Notes: generated by a model from the letters alone, not told the origin. Counted from the stretch's first letter, positions 50,911 to 61,562 are shown. The stretch: 64,000 nt of DNA from Gemmatimonadota bacterium (GCA_039586365.1 JBDHKN010000011.1:1-64000), one strand, 5' to 3'. Numbers and translations: made by a program.

Positions 50911-51229
50911 ATCGAACTGAACTGGTGCCAGACCGTGAGCCACCTTAGTACGGTCAGGAGTTCGTGTGGAAGATGAGCTGCCTGAAGACGGACATCCTTG
51001 ACTGTAAGCCCATTTGGTTAAACCGTATGCAAGATTGACTTGATAATTAACATGAAGTTGTCACTGCTCAGCCATGCGGGGCGTTGGAGCACCCGAGTTT
51101 TCAACATTGGAGTCTGGACTCGACGGTGGCGTAGCGACTGCAAGATCTGAGTTTTCCACGCACACTGTGGATGTTGCCAGGCCCGCCACTTTCGGGCACG
51201 CAGCGGGCCCGGACCCGACTCAGCCTGCC

Positions 51230-53872
51230 TCAAGCTTTGTCGGCAAGCGCAGCCTGGGCGGCCGCAAGTCTGGCAATGGGAACTCTGAATGGCGAGCAAG
51301 ACACGTAGTTGAGGCCGGCCGTGTGGAAAAACAACACCGAGTTCGGATCGCCGCCGTGCTCGCCACAAATGCCGATCTTCAAACTCTGGTTGGTCCCACG
51401 TCCCAGACTGACTGCCATTTTGACCAACTTGCCGACACCCCCCTGATCCAGTGATTGGAACGGGTCGGCCGGGAGGATTCCCGATTCGACGTAAGCAGGG
51501 AGAAACCTGCCGGCGTCGTCGCGTGAAAGCCCGAACACTGTTTGGGTCAGATCGTTGGTACCGAAAGAGAAGAACTCGGCAACCTCAGCGATTTCGTCCG
51601 CGGTGACGGCGGCGCGCGGCAACTCGATCATTGTTCCGACCAAGTAGTCGACCCGTCGCTGCTGTTCCTCGAACACACGTTCTGCGGTCTCCCTCACGAC
51701 GGCCGCCTGACGCCGTAGCTCCTCCACGTGTCCCACTAATGGAATCATGACCTCAGGATGGACTTCGACGCCTTCGGCGGCGACTTGGCACGCCGCTTCG
51801 AATATCGCCCTGCTCTGCATTTCGGTGATCTCGGGATAGCTGATTCCCAGTCGGCAGCCACGGTGTCCCAACATTGGGTTGGCTTCGGTCAGTCCGTCGA
51901 TGGTGCGCCGAAGTCGGTCCAGTGGTACCCCAAGGTCACCCGCTAGCTTTTCGATCTCGGCCCGCTCGTGTGGTAGGAACTCGTGAAGGGGCGGATCCAG
52001 CGTACGGACCGTTACCGGATAGCCGTCCATCGCCCGGAAGATGCCGACGAAATCCTCCCGCTGCATGGGCATCAGTTCGCTGAGCGCGCGCCTGCGGCCA
52101 TCCTCATCCTCCGCCAGGATCATTTGGCGTACTGCGTCGATTCGCTGTCCCTCGAAAAACATATGCTCCGTGCGACACAGCCCGATCCCTTCGGCGCCGA
52201 ACTCGCGGGCCCGGGCAGAGTCCGCCGGAGTATCCGCGTTGGTCCGAACCCGGAGCGTGCGGATCTCGTCAGCCCAGGACATGAGCTTGTTGAACTCTGC
52301 GGTGGGCTTTGGTTCCACCAACGGCACCTGACCCAGAATCACCCGCCCAGTAGATCCATCCAGCGTGATCCACTCGTCCTGCTTGACTATTACGCCATCC
52401 ACCGAGAATTGGAGGCCCTGTTCGTCAACTTCAAGTTCCTTGGCGCCCGCCACACAGCACTTGCCCATTCCGCGGGCAACAACGGCGGCATGACTGGTCA
52501 TACCGCCGCGCGACGTGAGGATCGCTTGCGCGCATACCATCCCGTGGAAGTCGTCGGCGACTGTCTCCCTCCGTACCAAGATCACGGCCTCGCCGGCGTC
52601 CCCTCTGGTAACGGCCGTTTCTGCGTCAAACACGACTTTACCGACGGCCGCACCGGGTGAAGCCGGCAGCCCGGTGGTCAACACTTCGATTGGCGCCTCT
52701 GGATCGACCATCGGATGCAGCAGCTGGTCCAGTTGCTCGGGCTTTACACGGCCAACAGCCGTCTCGTGGTCGATGAGACCTTCTTCAGCCATCTCCACGG
52801 CTATTCTCACTGCGGCCCGGGCGGTACGTTTGCCCGTACGGGTCTGTAGTGTGTAGAACTTGCCGCGCTCCACCGTGAACTCCGAATCCTGCATGTCCTT
52901 GTAGTGCTTCTCCAGCAGCACCCGTGTATCCTGAAGCGCTTGGTAGCACTCAGGCAGAGTTGTCTTCATGTGGTCGATGGGGACGGGATCTCGGGTTCCG
53001 GCAACGATATCCTCGCCCTGGGCATTCAAGAGAAACTCACCGTATAGGTAGTTCTCTCCGGTTGCCGGGTTTCTTGTGAACACTACGCCCGTACCAGAGT
53101 CCTCCCCCATGTTTCCATAGACCATGGATTGCACATTCACTGCGGTTCCCATGTCGTCTGGAATCTTGTTGATACGACGGTAATCAACTGCGCGCTTCGT
53201 GTTCCAACTCTTGAACACTGCCTCGATCGCACCCTGCAGCTGGTCCCATGGATTGTCGGGGAAGACCTCACCCGTTTCCCGCTGGAAGATCTCTTTGAAC
53301 CTGACCGCGAGTGCCTTCAGGTCTTCGGCTGCGAGATCGATCTCTCGGTCGACGCCACGCTCCAGCTTCATACTCTCAATCGCGGCCTCAAATGGGTTGT
53401 TCGCGCCTCCTTTGCCGCCGATACCGTACACCACTTCTCCGTACATCTGCACAAAACGGCGGTAGGAATCGTACGTGAACCGCTGATTTTGGGATTGATT
53501 TGCCAACCCTACGGCCGATTGGTCGTTAAGGCCAAGATTCAAGATCGTGTCCATCATCCCTGGCATCGAGTCTTTGGCGCCAGACCGCACGGAAACCAGC
53601 AGGGGATCATCAACACTGCCGAACTTCCGGCCGACGACCTCCTCGAGCTTGCGCATCGCCTTGCGAGTTTCTTCCAGCACGTCGTCGGGCAGTTTCTGTA
53701 CCTCTATGTACCTGAGGCAAAGCTTGGCTGATATGGTGAAGCCGGGCGGTACCGGAACGCCCAAGTTGGTCATCTCCGCGAGGTTTGCACCCTTTCCTCC
53801 GAGGATGTCCTTCATTTGGGCGTTGCCGTCAGCTCGGCCGTTTCCGAAGAAGAAGACGTTTTTCATTGTCAT
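51230..53872 (-). CDS. ppdK: Pyruvate, phosphate dikinase
   Basis: LGGKGANL, SVRSGA..SMPGMMDT, GGMTSHAAVVAR, FSFGTNDLTQ, GICGEHGG. Confidence 0.97.
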   Translation of the reverse strand: MTMKNVFFFGNGRADGNAQMKDILGGKGANLAEMTNLGVPVPPGFTISAKLCLRYIEVQKLPDDVLEETRKAMRKLEEVVGRKFGSVDDPLLVSVRSGAKDSMPGMMDTILNLGLNDQSAVGLANQSQNQRFTYDSYRRFVQMYGEVVYGIGGKGGANNPFEAAIESMKLERGVDREIDLAAEDLKALAVRFKEIFQRETGEVFPDNPWDQLQGAIEAVFKSWNTKRAVDYRRINKIPDDMGTAVNVQSMVYGNMGEDSGTGVVFTRNPATGENYLYGEFLLNAQGEDIVAGTRDPVPIDHMKTTLPECYQALQDTRVLLEKHYKDMQDSEFTVERGKFYTLQTRTGKRTARAAVRIAVEMAEEGLIDHETAVGRVKPEQLDQLLHPMVDPEAPIEVLTTGLPASPGAAVGKVVFDAETAVTRGDAGEAVILVRRETVADDFHGMVCAQAILTSRGGMTSHAAVVARGMGKCCVAGAKELEVDEQGLQFSVDGVIVKQDEWITLDGSTGRVILGQVPLVEPKPTAEFNKLMSWADEIRTLRVRTNADTPADSARAREFGAEGIGLCRTEHMFFEGQRIDAVRQMILAEDEDGRRRALSELMPMQREDFVGIFRAMDGYPVTVRTLDPPLHEFLPHERAEIEKLAGDLGVPLDRLRRTIDGLTEANPMLGHRGCRLGISYPEITEMQSRAIFEAACQVAAEGVEVHPEVMIPLVGHVEELRRQAAVVRETAERVFEEQQRRVDYLVGTMIELPRAAVTADEIAEVAEFFSFGTNDLTQTVFGLSRDDAGRFLPAYVESGILPADPFQSLDQGGVGKLVKMAVSLGRGTNQSLKIGICGEHGGDPNSVLFFHTAGLNYVSCSPFRVPIARLAAAQAALADKA

Positions 53873-55287
53873 ACTCGAACTTGGTTGCGGTCCGCATCCG
53901 CCGTTCGGTCGTCGGACTGGTTGGAGACCTGTTTGCGTTGGGGGACCTCGGTTGGATACTCGCCCGAAAAGCAGGCGTGGCAGAATTCAGTTTCGGTATC
54001 GTCGTCACATGCCTTCAAGAGTCCTTCGCGAGACAAATATCCCAGGCTGTCCACGCCGAGTTGGTGTGCGATCTCGTCGACTGAGTAGTTGGCGGCGACA
54101 AGCTCCTCATACGTGGGGGTGTCGATCCCGTAATAGCATGGGCCGGTGATCGGTGGCGACGCGATTCGCATGTGAACCTCCCGCGCTCCCGCTTGGCGAA
54201 TCAGCTGCACCAGGCCTTGGGACGTCGTGCCGCGCACCAGAGAGTCGTCTACCACAACTATCCGCCTGCCGTCAACCACATCTCGTACGGCGTTGTACTT
54301 TATGCGAACCTTCTCGGTTCTCGATGCCTTGCCTGGGTTGATGAAAGTGCGGCCCACGTAGTGGTTCCGAATGAGACCGTGCTCGTATTCCACTCCGCTT
54401 TGTTCCGCAAACCCCAGAGCCATAGCGTTGGACGAGTCGGGCACGGAGAAGACGCAATCGGCATCGGGTACCGGGTGCTCCCGACCCAACTGTCGACCCA
54501 AAGCACGACGGGTTCGATCCACCGACCGCCCGAAAACCACGCTGTCGGGTCTGGAGAAGTAAATGAGTTCGAAAATGCAGCGTTTGGAGGCCTGGACCGG
54601 AAGCCGCGGCAGTTCGACGACCTCGCCTTCTTCGACCTTGATCCATTCGCCGGGCTGGAATTCCCGAATCGGTACCGCACCCAATATATCCAGCGCACAT
54701 GTTTCGGAGGCGAGGATCCATCCTTCGTTCAACCGTGCGAGGGTGAGTGGGCGGAACCCACGAGGGTCGACGATACCATACAGTGTGCGACCAACGGTTA
54801 AGAGTAGCGTGTAGGCACCCTCAACCCGTTGCAGCGTGTCACTTATCTGATCTTCTGCCAGCCGGGCGTCAGATCGAGCGATGAGATGGACCAACACTTC
54901 TGAGTCGGATGAAGTCTGAAATATCGATCCTGTCCGAATCAAGTCGACACGCAGTGCGTGGGCGTTCGTCAGGTTTCCATTGTGTGCGAGGGCAAGGGGG
55001 CCGGAGTGGTAGTGGACCAAGCTAGGCTGGGCATTTGACAACACCGAACTGCCCGCTGTCGAATATCGGGTGTGTCCGATTGCTATGTTGCCCGGCAGCT
55101 CTCGGAGAACGGACGGCGGAAACACCTCCTGCACCAAGCCCATGCCGCGGTGGCAGCGAGCCTTCCCTCCACTATCGATTGCCACGATTCCAGCCGATTC
55201 CTGACCGCGATGCTGGAGCGCGTATAGACCCAGGTATGCCAGCTCAGCAGCGTTCTCAACCCCGTACACCCCAATGACTCCACACAT
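53869..55287 (-). CDS. purF: Amidophosphoribosyltransferase (Fe-S type)
   Basis: MCG start, QHRGQE, GHTRYST, VDDSLVRGTT, Cys ligands PCYYG and CHAC. Confidence 0.97.
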   Translation of the reverse strand: MCGVIGVYGVENAAELAYLGLYALQHRGQESAGIVAIDSGGKARCHRGMGLVQEVFPPSVLRELPGNIAIGHTRYSTAGSSVLSNAQPSLVHYHSGPLALAHNGNLTNAHALRVDLIRTGSIFQTSSDSEVLVHLIARSDARLAEDQISDTLQRVEGAYTLLLTVGRTLYGIVDPRGFRPLTLARLNEGWILASETCALDILGAVPIREFQPGEWIKVEEGEVVELPRLPVQASKRCIFELIYFSRPDSVVFGRSVDRTRRALGRQLGREHPVPDADCVFSVPDSSNAMALGFAEQSGVEYEHGLIRNHYVGRTFINPGKASRTEKVRIKYNAVRDVVDGRRIVVVDDSLVRGTTSQGLVQLIRQAGAREVHMRIASPPITGPCYYGIDTPTYEELVAANYSVDEIAHQLGVDSLGYLSREGLLKACDDDTETEFCHACFSGEYPTEVPQRKQVSNQSDDRTADADRNQVRV

Positions 55288-55486
55288 GACTGCGCCGTCA
55301 GCCTGCTTCCACCATTGAAGAGGCGCGTCCTTTCGTCAGCGATACCATAACAACACCGAGCTTCAGCTCGACTTCGGACACCTTCCTGTCTATTTGAGCA
55401 GTGTTGGTGGGGACGGGCCCCCCAAAGCGACGACTACACCCTGGAGGGCCAGCCCGTACAGTGACGCTGCGGCGGTCAGCGGTCAC

Positions 55487-55789
55487 TCAGCTGACGCTGC
55501 GGATCAAGGAGATGAACAGACTAGAAGCCGTTCCTTCCCCCGCCTTCGTCAAAGCCTCCACCTCATTGGCGTCGAACCATACTCCCTGACACTCGCTGCA
55601 CCGGTCGACCTCAATGCCTTTGAGAATCTCGATCTCCAAGTCAGCACCACACTTGGGGCACTTCATGTAGTGTAGCTTGCGCTCTTCCACCTCAGACAGC
55701 TTGGCCGCCCTCCCGCTCCTTTCCTTGCGGAGGGCGGCCTCCCTTTGCGCGAAGTACTCTTCCTCATTGCGGCTGGGCTTGCCTATCAC
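55487..55789 (-). CDS. zf-TFIIB-like zinc-ribbon protein
   Basis: KPSRNEEEYF..MKCPKCG..EVDRCSECQGVWFD. Confidence 0.8.
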   Translation of the reverse strand: MIGKPSRNEEEYFAQREAALRKERSGRAAKLSEVEERKLHYMKCPKCGADLEIEILKGIEVDRCSECQGVWFDANEVEALTKAGEGTASSLFISLIRSVS

Positions 55790-55813
55790 TGTTGCACCCC
55801 CATGTCATTACGA

Positions 55814-56338
55814 TCAAGTGGTGGGGGGCGTAAACACCCCCACTCGCCCTGGCGGTGAGGACGACACCCCCGAATACGTGTGGCCTGGCGCTCTGACGAT
55901 TGCGTCAACTACCTGTCCTCCCTGCAACATCACGACGTCAGATGTGCCGCATGAGACTTCGCAGCCGTTGCGATAGTGTAGATAGAGCCAGCCCCCAAGA
56001 GATCGTTCCACTGCCGGCTCACCCCATACCGCTACCACCTCGGCCCGGCTCATCCCCGGGTCGACAGTTCCGCTGCGTGTCGGGGTCCACGGTTCGTCGA
56101 CCATCGCACGGGCTGGTTCTGTCCGCTGTTGTTGAGACGATGGGGTCTCGACCACCTCTGTCGGAGTAGCCTCCACCGGTCGGGGAGCCTGCTCGGCTTG
56201 TTGGATCGTGTCTGGGACCGCCACCTCGAGGGGAGGGGGAGTGGTATCTTCCTCACCTCCGCCAAAAAACGGGAGCCTGTCGCATCCCACCAGCCCCAGC
56301 GCTACCAGGGTCATGGCTGCGAGAGTTGACCTTCTCAT
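55814..56338 (-). CDS. Lipoprotein with BamE/SmpA-like domain
   Basis: GGAGG RBS, lipobox LVGC, Pro/Thr/Glu linker, PGMSRAEVVAVWGEP motif. Confidence 0.7.
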   Translation of the reverse strand: MRRSTLAAMTLVALGLVGCDRLPFFGGGEEDTTPPPLEVAVPDTIQQAEQAPRPVEATPTEVVETPSSQQQRTEPARAMVDEPWTPTRSGTVDPGMSRAEVVAVWGEPAVERSLGGWLYLHYRNGCEVSCGTSDVVMLQGGQVVDAIVRAPGHTYSGVSSSPPGRVGVFTPPTT

Positions 56339-56458
56339 CTCGTGCCTCCTCCGACGAGTTTGAACGCCTGTGTCGTCCCCATAGCTACTGTTGCCGCGGA
56401 CGCCGGGGTGCCAGCGGCGCTGTCCGCGGTGGCTTCACGTTTCCAACAAGATAGCACC

Positions 56459-57307
56459 CTAGGGAATCGTTCGCCGTCCTCCCGGACGGCGTTCCGGTCC
56501 GGTCAGGCGGCGGTCGGTATCTTCTACCAGGGCCGGACCCGTGGTCGCTTCATCCTGATCGGCATCTCCCCGCTCCATGAATCCAACCACCGCAGCACGC
56601 AGGATACCGTAGGAGACGTACGCTATGCCCAGTGGGAAGAAGAAGATGTCGCGAGACCAAATGCCGAACCCGAGGATTGTGAGGTTTACGGCCAGGCCAA
56701 GCCGACCACGCCTGGTCCGCACGCCGATGCCCGGTAGGTGAGCGTAGCGAATCTGGCTGACCATGGCGATGCTGAGCGTGATAGTCAGGAATATGATTAT
56801 CTGAGGCCATGGCAGGTCGGCGAGCTGAACCTGGAAAAACTCCGTGCGAGTGAACGGATAGAAGACCGCCAACGTCATTCCCGCCGCCGGCGAAGGGAGG
56901 CCGGTGAACCACGCCCGTGAGTCGTTCTCCTGGATGTTGTACCGAGCCAACCTGAGTGCTACACAGACCACGAATCCGTAGGAAAACACCCAAGCAAACG
57001 GGCCCATCTGCGAGAACTCGAGAAAGTGGATCAGCATCGCGGGTGCCACACCGAAGCTCACGATGTCCACTAGCGAATCCAGTTCGCCGCCGAAGCGAGT
57101 CCCAGTTTTGCTCACGCGGGCGAACAGCCCGTCAAGCATGTCAAGAACCCCTGCGACTACTATCCACCAACTTGCCAGATAGAACGAGCCCTGCGATGCC
57201 AGGACTATGGCCCAGATGCCAAAGAACAGGTTCGCGAGCGTGAAGAGGCTCGGGATCACGATGATGGCGCGTCCTACGCGCGCTCGCCTCCTGCGTCCAC
57301 GGCTCAC
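56459..57307 (-). CDS. pssA: CDP-diacylglycerol--serine O-phosphatidyltransferase
   Basis: PSLFTLANL, DMLDG..AR..G.ELDSLVD.VSFGVAP, RLARYN, FTGLPSPA; start is GTG 57307 or 57316. Confidence 0.92.
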   Translation of the reverse strand: MSRGRRRRARVGRAIIVIPSLFTLANLFFGIWAIVLASQGSFYLASWWIVVAGVLDMLDGLFARVSKTGTRFGGELDSLVDIVSFGVAPAMLIHFLEFSQMGPFAWVFSYGFVVCVALRLARYNIQENDSRAWFTGLPSPAAGMTLAVFYPFTRTEFFQVQLADLPWPQIIIFLTITLSIAMVSQIRYAHLPGIGVRTRRGRLGLAVNLTILGFGIWSRDIFFFPLGIAYVSYGILRAAVVGFMERGDADQDEATTGPALVEDTDRRLTGPERRPGGRRTIP

Positions 57308-57704
57308 GATCGCCACTCCGCGGTTACGGTGAGACCAGCCTTGGTCTGGTGCCCCAGCCGGGTATTGAGCTGGACGTCAAGTCGGCAACAAGTCTCCACC
57401 GAAGAACCGGCAGACCTGCGCCCGTTGGCACGAGTCTGAATGTACCCAGGAGTTTCGTCAACTTTTGTGATCGCCACCACCTTTCTGGTGGCGGGCGCTG
57501 CTAGCAGATGGGTTCCCCGCAACGATTGCTGTTCGGGATCGCCCGAAAGCCACGCTACCCGGAAGGTCACCGGAGCCACCGGGACCGAGCTGGCTGGGAG
57601 CGCATATCACGAGCCGCTGTCCAACTGTCGGGCAGTGGCAGCCCAGAAACGGACAGGGAGCAGTCCGAGCTGACGGGGAAGATGCCGTCCGACAATGTTC
57701 TCAC
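57304..57704 (-). pseudogene. psd: Phosphatidylserine decarboxylase pseudogene (frameshifted, internal deletion)
   Basis: DPEQQSLRGTHLLAAPATRKVVAITKVDE and GSSVE..LDVQLNTRLGHQTKAGLTVTAEW match the Psd N- and C-terminal parts; GTGA overlaps with both purC and pssA. Confidence 0.75.
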
Positions 57705-58624
57705 GGTTCTGGCGGCAACGTCTGGCCGGTGATTCTGACGTAGGCGTCCTGGTACCTGATGCTGGTGGCGCTCACTATGTCGTCGGGCAGCGGTGGTGGT
57801 GGCGGATTGCCATCCCACCCTCCCCGTTTTCTGAGGTCGTCCAAGTAATCGCGCAACGGTTGCTTGTCGAAGCTTGGCTGGCCCCGCCCGGGGGAGTAGC
57901 TGTCAGCAGACCAAAAGCGGGACGAGTCCGGGGTGAGCAACTCGTCGGTCAGCAGCACATCCCCCGAGGACGACAGACCAAACTCGAATTTGGTATCGGC
58001 GATGATGATACCCCGCCGTTTGGCTCGTTCGCGGCCCGCGGTGTACAACGCAAGACTGACGTCGCGGAGTTGCCCAGCCAGCGATTCGCCTAAGTCGGCC
58101 TTCATGCGCTCGAAGGTGATGTTCTCGTCGTGTCCCTCGTCCGCCTTCGTTGCCGGAGAGAATATGGGCGGGTCCAATAGCTGACTTTCAACAAGCCCAT
58201 CGGGCAGCTGTTCTCCAGCCAACGTCCCGCGTTCCCGGTATTCCTTCCAAGCTGAACCCGTTATGTATCCTCTCACAACGCACTCAAACGGTATCGGATC
58301 AGCCCGGCGAGCGAGTGTCGAGCGACCGTCGATTTGCGCGCGCTCAGAGGCCAGAGCGGGCACGAAGTTGATTATTTCGGTCACGTCACTTGTCACAAAA
58401 TGGCTGGGTACTGTGCTCGCAAGCTCCTTGAACCAGAACGCACTCATCTGGGTGAGCACCTCACCCTTCCTGGGAATGGGCTCTGCCAGCACAACGTCAA
58501 ATGCACTGACGCGATCGCTAGCGACCAGAAGTAGCATGTCATCGTCCACGGAATACAGTTCGCGCACCTTCCCCCGTCTGATGAGGGGAAGCGGAAGGCT
58601 GCTCCGGATCAATGCCTGATTCAT
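57701..58624 (-). CDS. purC: SAICAR synthetase
   Basis: RGKVRELY, SDRVSAFD, ECVVRGY, ADTKFEFG, TPDSSRFW, SFDKQ. Confidence 0.97.
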   Translation of the reverse strand: MNQALIRSSLPLPLIRRGKVRELYSVDDDMLLLVASDRVSAFDVVLAEPIPRKGEVLTQMSAFWFKELASTVPSHFVTSDVTEIINFVPALASERAQIDGRSTLARRADPIPFECVVRGYITGSAWKEYRERGTLAGEQLPDGLVESQLLDPPIFSPATKADEGHDENITFERMKADLGESLAGQLRDVSLALYTAGRERAKRRGIIIADTKFEFGLSSSGDVLLTDELLTPDSSRFWSADSYSPGRGQPSFDKQPLRDYLDDLRKRGGWDGNPPPPPLPDDIVSATSIRYQDAYVRITGQTLPPEP

Positions 58625-60063
58625 AGCATGACCGCGGCTACGTCCGCTGATCGATACGGTGCCAAGGCCTTGAGGATCTCTGCGACAGGGCCCCGCACAA
58701 ATTCCACGACTTGTTCCGGTGCTCGACCCACGTAGCGGGCGGGATCGAGCTGGGCCTGCAGTGCCGCGGCTTCGACTTTGCTAAAGGCCGGTTCGTTGGA
58801 CAGCCGGTCCAGGAGATTGTTGTCGCTGCCGCGAGCCCCCACGGAGTTCTGGACCGCTCGACTGTGGCGCCGGATTACGTCATGTAGCTCCTGCCGATCG
58901 CCTCCCGCTTCGACTCCCAGCATGAGCCATCGCTCCGTGGCCATGAACGGCATCACGCGCGTTACGTTGTTGGTAACCACGGCCCCTTTCACGTCGAGTC
59001 CTCTCGCGACATTGGTACATAGCACGAGGATTGCGTCAGCGGCCAAGAATGCCTCTGGGAGTGTCAATCGGCGGTTGGCACTGTCGTCCAGTGTGCGTTC
59101 GAGCCATTGCGTAGCGGCCGTGTTGGCCGCGTTCGCACTGAGCGTGATCACGTGGCGCGCCAGCGCACAGATCCTCTCAGCACGCATCGGATTCCTCTTG
59201 TATGCCATCGCACTCGATCCGATCTGATCGGTTTCTATTGGTTCGAGTACCTCTCCCTCATGCTGGAGCAGACGGAGGTCCGTGGCATACTTCGCAGCGG
59301 ACTGCCCCACCGCGCTCAACCGCTCCAACACGCTGCTGTCGATCTTGCGGGTGTAGGTTTGACCACTTACTGGAATGGACTGCTTGAAGCCAAACCGTAC
59401 GGCAATGGCTTTGTCCAGTTCCTTGACCTTTGCGTGGTCTTCATGGAACAGTTCCAAGTAGCTCGCCTGAGTCCCGGTAGTGCCCTTGCAGCCTCTGAAC
59501 GGCAAGCCAGCCACCAAGTAGAGGAGCTCCTGGGAGTCGAGGCAGAAATCCTGCAGCCACATTGAAGCACGTTTGCCCACCGTCGTCAGCTGTGCCGGCT
59601 GGAAATGTGTGTAGCCCACCGTCGGCATCTCGCGGTACTTCATCGCGAACGAGGCGAGTGCTTCAATAACGGCGCCGAGTCTTCCAAGCATGAGATTGAG
59701 CGCGTCCCGCATCACGATCAGATCTGCATTATCAGTCACGTAGGCACTGGTTGCACCAAGATGCAAAATGGGGCGGGCAGCTGGCGCCTGGTCGCCAAAT
59801 GCGTATACGTGCGCCATCACGTCGTGGCGGCACCGTTCTTCATATTGACGAACCAGCTCCAGGTCCGCGTCTGCGAGATGTGCATGCATCTCTTCGATCG
59901 CTCGGTCTGGGATGTCCAGTCCCAAACGTTGCTGCTCTTCCGCCAGTGCAAGCCATAATTGACGCCACAAGCGCGCCCGGTGCTCGGCACTCCAAAGCTG
60001 TTGCATCGCGGGCGACGCATACCGAGCGCCGAGCGGAGATTCATACCGTGAGGATCCGTTCAT
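58621..60063 (-). CDS. purB: Adenylosuccinate lyase
   Basis: RHDVMAH, HLGATS, THFQPAQ, GSSAMAYKRNP, ERTLDDSA. Confidence 0.96.
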   Translation of the reverse strand: MNGSSRYESPLGARYASPAMQQLWSAEHRARLWRQLWLALAEEQQRLGLDIPDRAIEEMHAHLADADLELVRQYEERCRHDVMAHVYAFGDQAPAARPILHLGATSAYVTDNADLIVMRDALNLMLGRLGAVIEALASFAMKYREMPTVGYTHFQPAQLTTVGKRASMWLQDFCLDSQELLYLVAGLPFRGCKGTTGTQASYLELFHEDHAKVKELDKAIAVRFGFKQSIPVSGQTYTRKIDSSVLERLSAVGQSAAKYATDLRLLQHEGEVLEPIETDQIGSSAMAYKRNPMRAERICALARHVITLSANAANTAATQWLERTLDDSANRRLTLPEAFLAADAILVLCTNVARGLDVKGAVVTNNVTRVMPFMATERWLMLGVEAGGDRQELHDVIRRHSRAVQNSVGARGSDNNLLDRLSNEPAFSKVEAAALQAQLDPARYVGRAPEQVVEFVRGPVAEILKALAPYRSADVAAVML

Positions 60064-61562
60064 GATACGTAGAAGGCCCTCGTGGCCAGGAGTCTTCCGT
60101 CACGCTCCACATAGACAACAACAGCAGTACGACTGCCCCGTACTCGACGGAACATCTCGGTGACATCCTCGGCCCGCGTTATCCTCTGTCGGTTTATCTG
60201 GATGATAAGGTCACCTGCCCTGAGCCCCACGTTCGTAGCTTCTCCAATCGAGTAGATCAATGCTCCCTGGTCACTTTGGAAGCCTCGTTCCAGCTTTATT
60301 GGCGCCGTCAGCGTGATGAGCTGCATATCGCCAAGGGTGGAGATGCGCTCTGCTCGGGTTGTCGGAAGATCCTCGACCACGACTGTCGTCCTGCGCTCCC
60401 TGTTGCCGCGGCGATACACCGCGGGAATTGAGTCGCCCGGTCCGACATCCAGCAACACAGCTTCCCAGTCCAAGAAAGTCCGCGTAGCCTGCCCTGCGGC
60501 GGAAATGAGGATGTCTCCTGAGCGAAAACCGGACCGATCAGCTGGGCTGCCTGGTGCCACCTGTGTGATTTCGAGACCTCCCGATTCCTTCCAGTCCCGT
60601 AACCGGTCCTGGCCCGCTACGTCCAGACCAACCCAGGACCGTCTCACGGTTGCGAAGCGGCGCAGCTCATCGGCTACGCGCAACGCCCGTTCGACTGGTA
60701 TGGCGAAACCGATTCCAACCGAACCTCCGCTGCTACTGAAGATCGAGCTGTTAACACCTACCACCTCACCGATAGCATTGACGAGCGGACCACCGCTGTT
60801 GCCGGGGTTGATCGCGGCATCGGTCTGAATCATTCCTACATAGATCCCGGGATCGTCACCCGACGGAATCAAGTCCCGGCCCACAGCGCTTACGACACCG
60901 GCAGTTACGCTCGGTTCGGTGTTGCCCAATAGGTATCCATAGGGATTCCCAATGGCGATCACCCATTCACCAATCACCAAGTCGTAGCTACTCCCGAGGG
61001 GAGCGGTGGGAAGGTTCCCTCCGTCGATCTGGAGTACCGCAATATCGGTCAGGGGGTCTTCTCCCAAGAGTTCGGCATCGAAATCGGTGCCGTCCCGCGT
61101 TGTCACGACGATCTCTTCGGCCCCCTCGGTTACGTGCTGGTTTGTGATCACAACCCCGTCGGCCGTGGCGATGAATCCTGAGCCGAGCCCTTGAACCAGC
61201 CGTTCGTAGCCGCGCGGCATAAGGAATTGGTCCCAGATGGTGGCGGGAACTCGCCGCTCGCGCCGAACGACATTGACGCTCACGACGGCCGGTGCAACTC
61301 GTGCCGCCGCGGTCGCGATCGCCGAATAGCGCGACTGCGTGATGTCATAGGAAACCTGCGGTCGGTCCTGTGTAGCTGACTGAGTTGTGAGACGCGAGGC
61401 ACCCAGAGTTGTCGTGAGCGTAGCTCCGTTCGCCTGAGGCAAGGCCAGCGAGAGCGACTCAGCTGCTGAGCCACTCCCCAACCGAGGGCCCTCAGCTGCG
61501 TGATCGGCGCCGTCACAAGCCACGACCCCTACGCAGACGAGAACAATTGGAACTGTTCTCAA
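60060..61562 (-). CDS. HtrA/DegP-like serine protease with two PDZ domains, putative lipoprotein
   Basis: [27 protein letters not shown]; lipobox-like VVAC. Confidence 0.92.
   Translation of the reverse strand: MRTVPIVLVCVGVVACDGADHAAEGPRLGSGSAAESLSLALPQANGATLTTTLGASRLTTQSATQDRPQVSYDITQSRYSAIATAAARVAPAVVSVNVVRRERRVPATIWDQFLMPRGYERLVQGLGSGFIATADGVVITNQHVTEGAEEIVVTTRDGTDFDAELLGEDPLTDIAVLQIDGGNLPTAPLGSSYDLVIGEWVIAIGNPYGYLLGNTEPSVTAGVVSAVGRDLIPSGDDPGIYVGMIQTDAAINPGNSGGPLVNAIGEVVGVNSSIFSSSGGSVGIGFAIPVERALRVADELRRFATVRRSWVGLDVAGQDRLRDWKESGGLEITQVAPGSPADRSGFRSGDILISAAGQATRTFLDWEAVLLDVGPGDSIPAVYRRGNRERRTTVVVEDLPTTRAERISTLGDMQLITLTAPIKLERGFQSDQGALIYSIGEATNVGLRAGDLIIQINRQRITRAEDVTEMFRRVRGSRTAVVVYVERDGRLLATRAFYVS

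Noticed and set aside
51045..51072. Bona fide dif site
   Set aside because: Only the XerD-like arm matches; the XerC arm lacks the inner TTAT, so it is not called as a feature
50441..51229. Intact genomic island integrated at tmRNA
   Set aside because: No integrase and no convincing duplicate of the tmRNA 3' end; the CGCCTCCAT at 32858 is too short and far upstream
55298..55486. 62-aa ORF or purL remnant before purF
   Set aside because: No recognisable motif in any frame; similarity to PurL is too vague to call
56394..56429. Strong hairpin downstream of pssA
   Set aside because: No U-tract on either strand and no second copy in the window; function cannot be assigned
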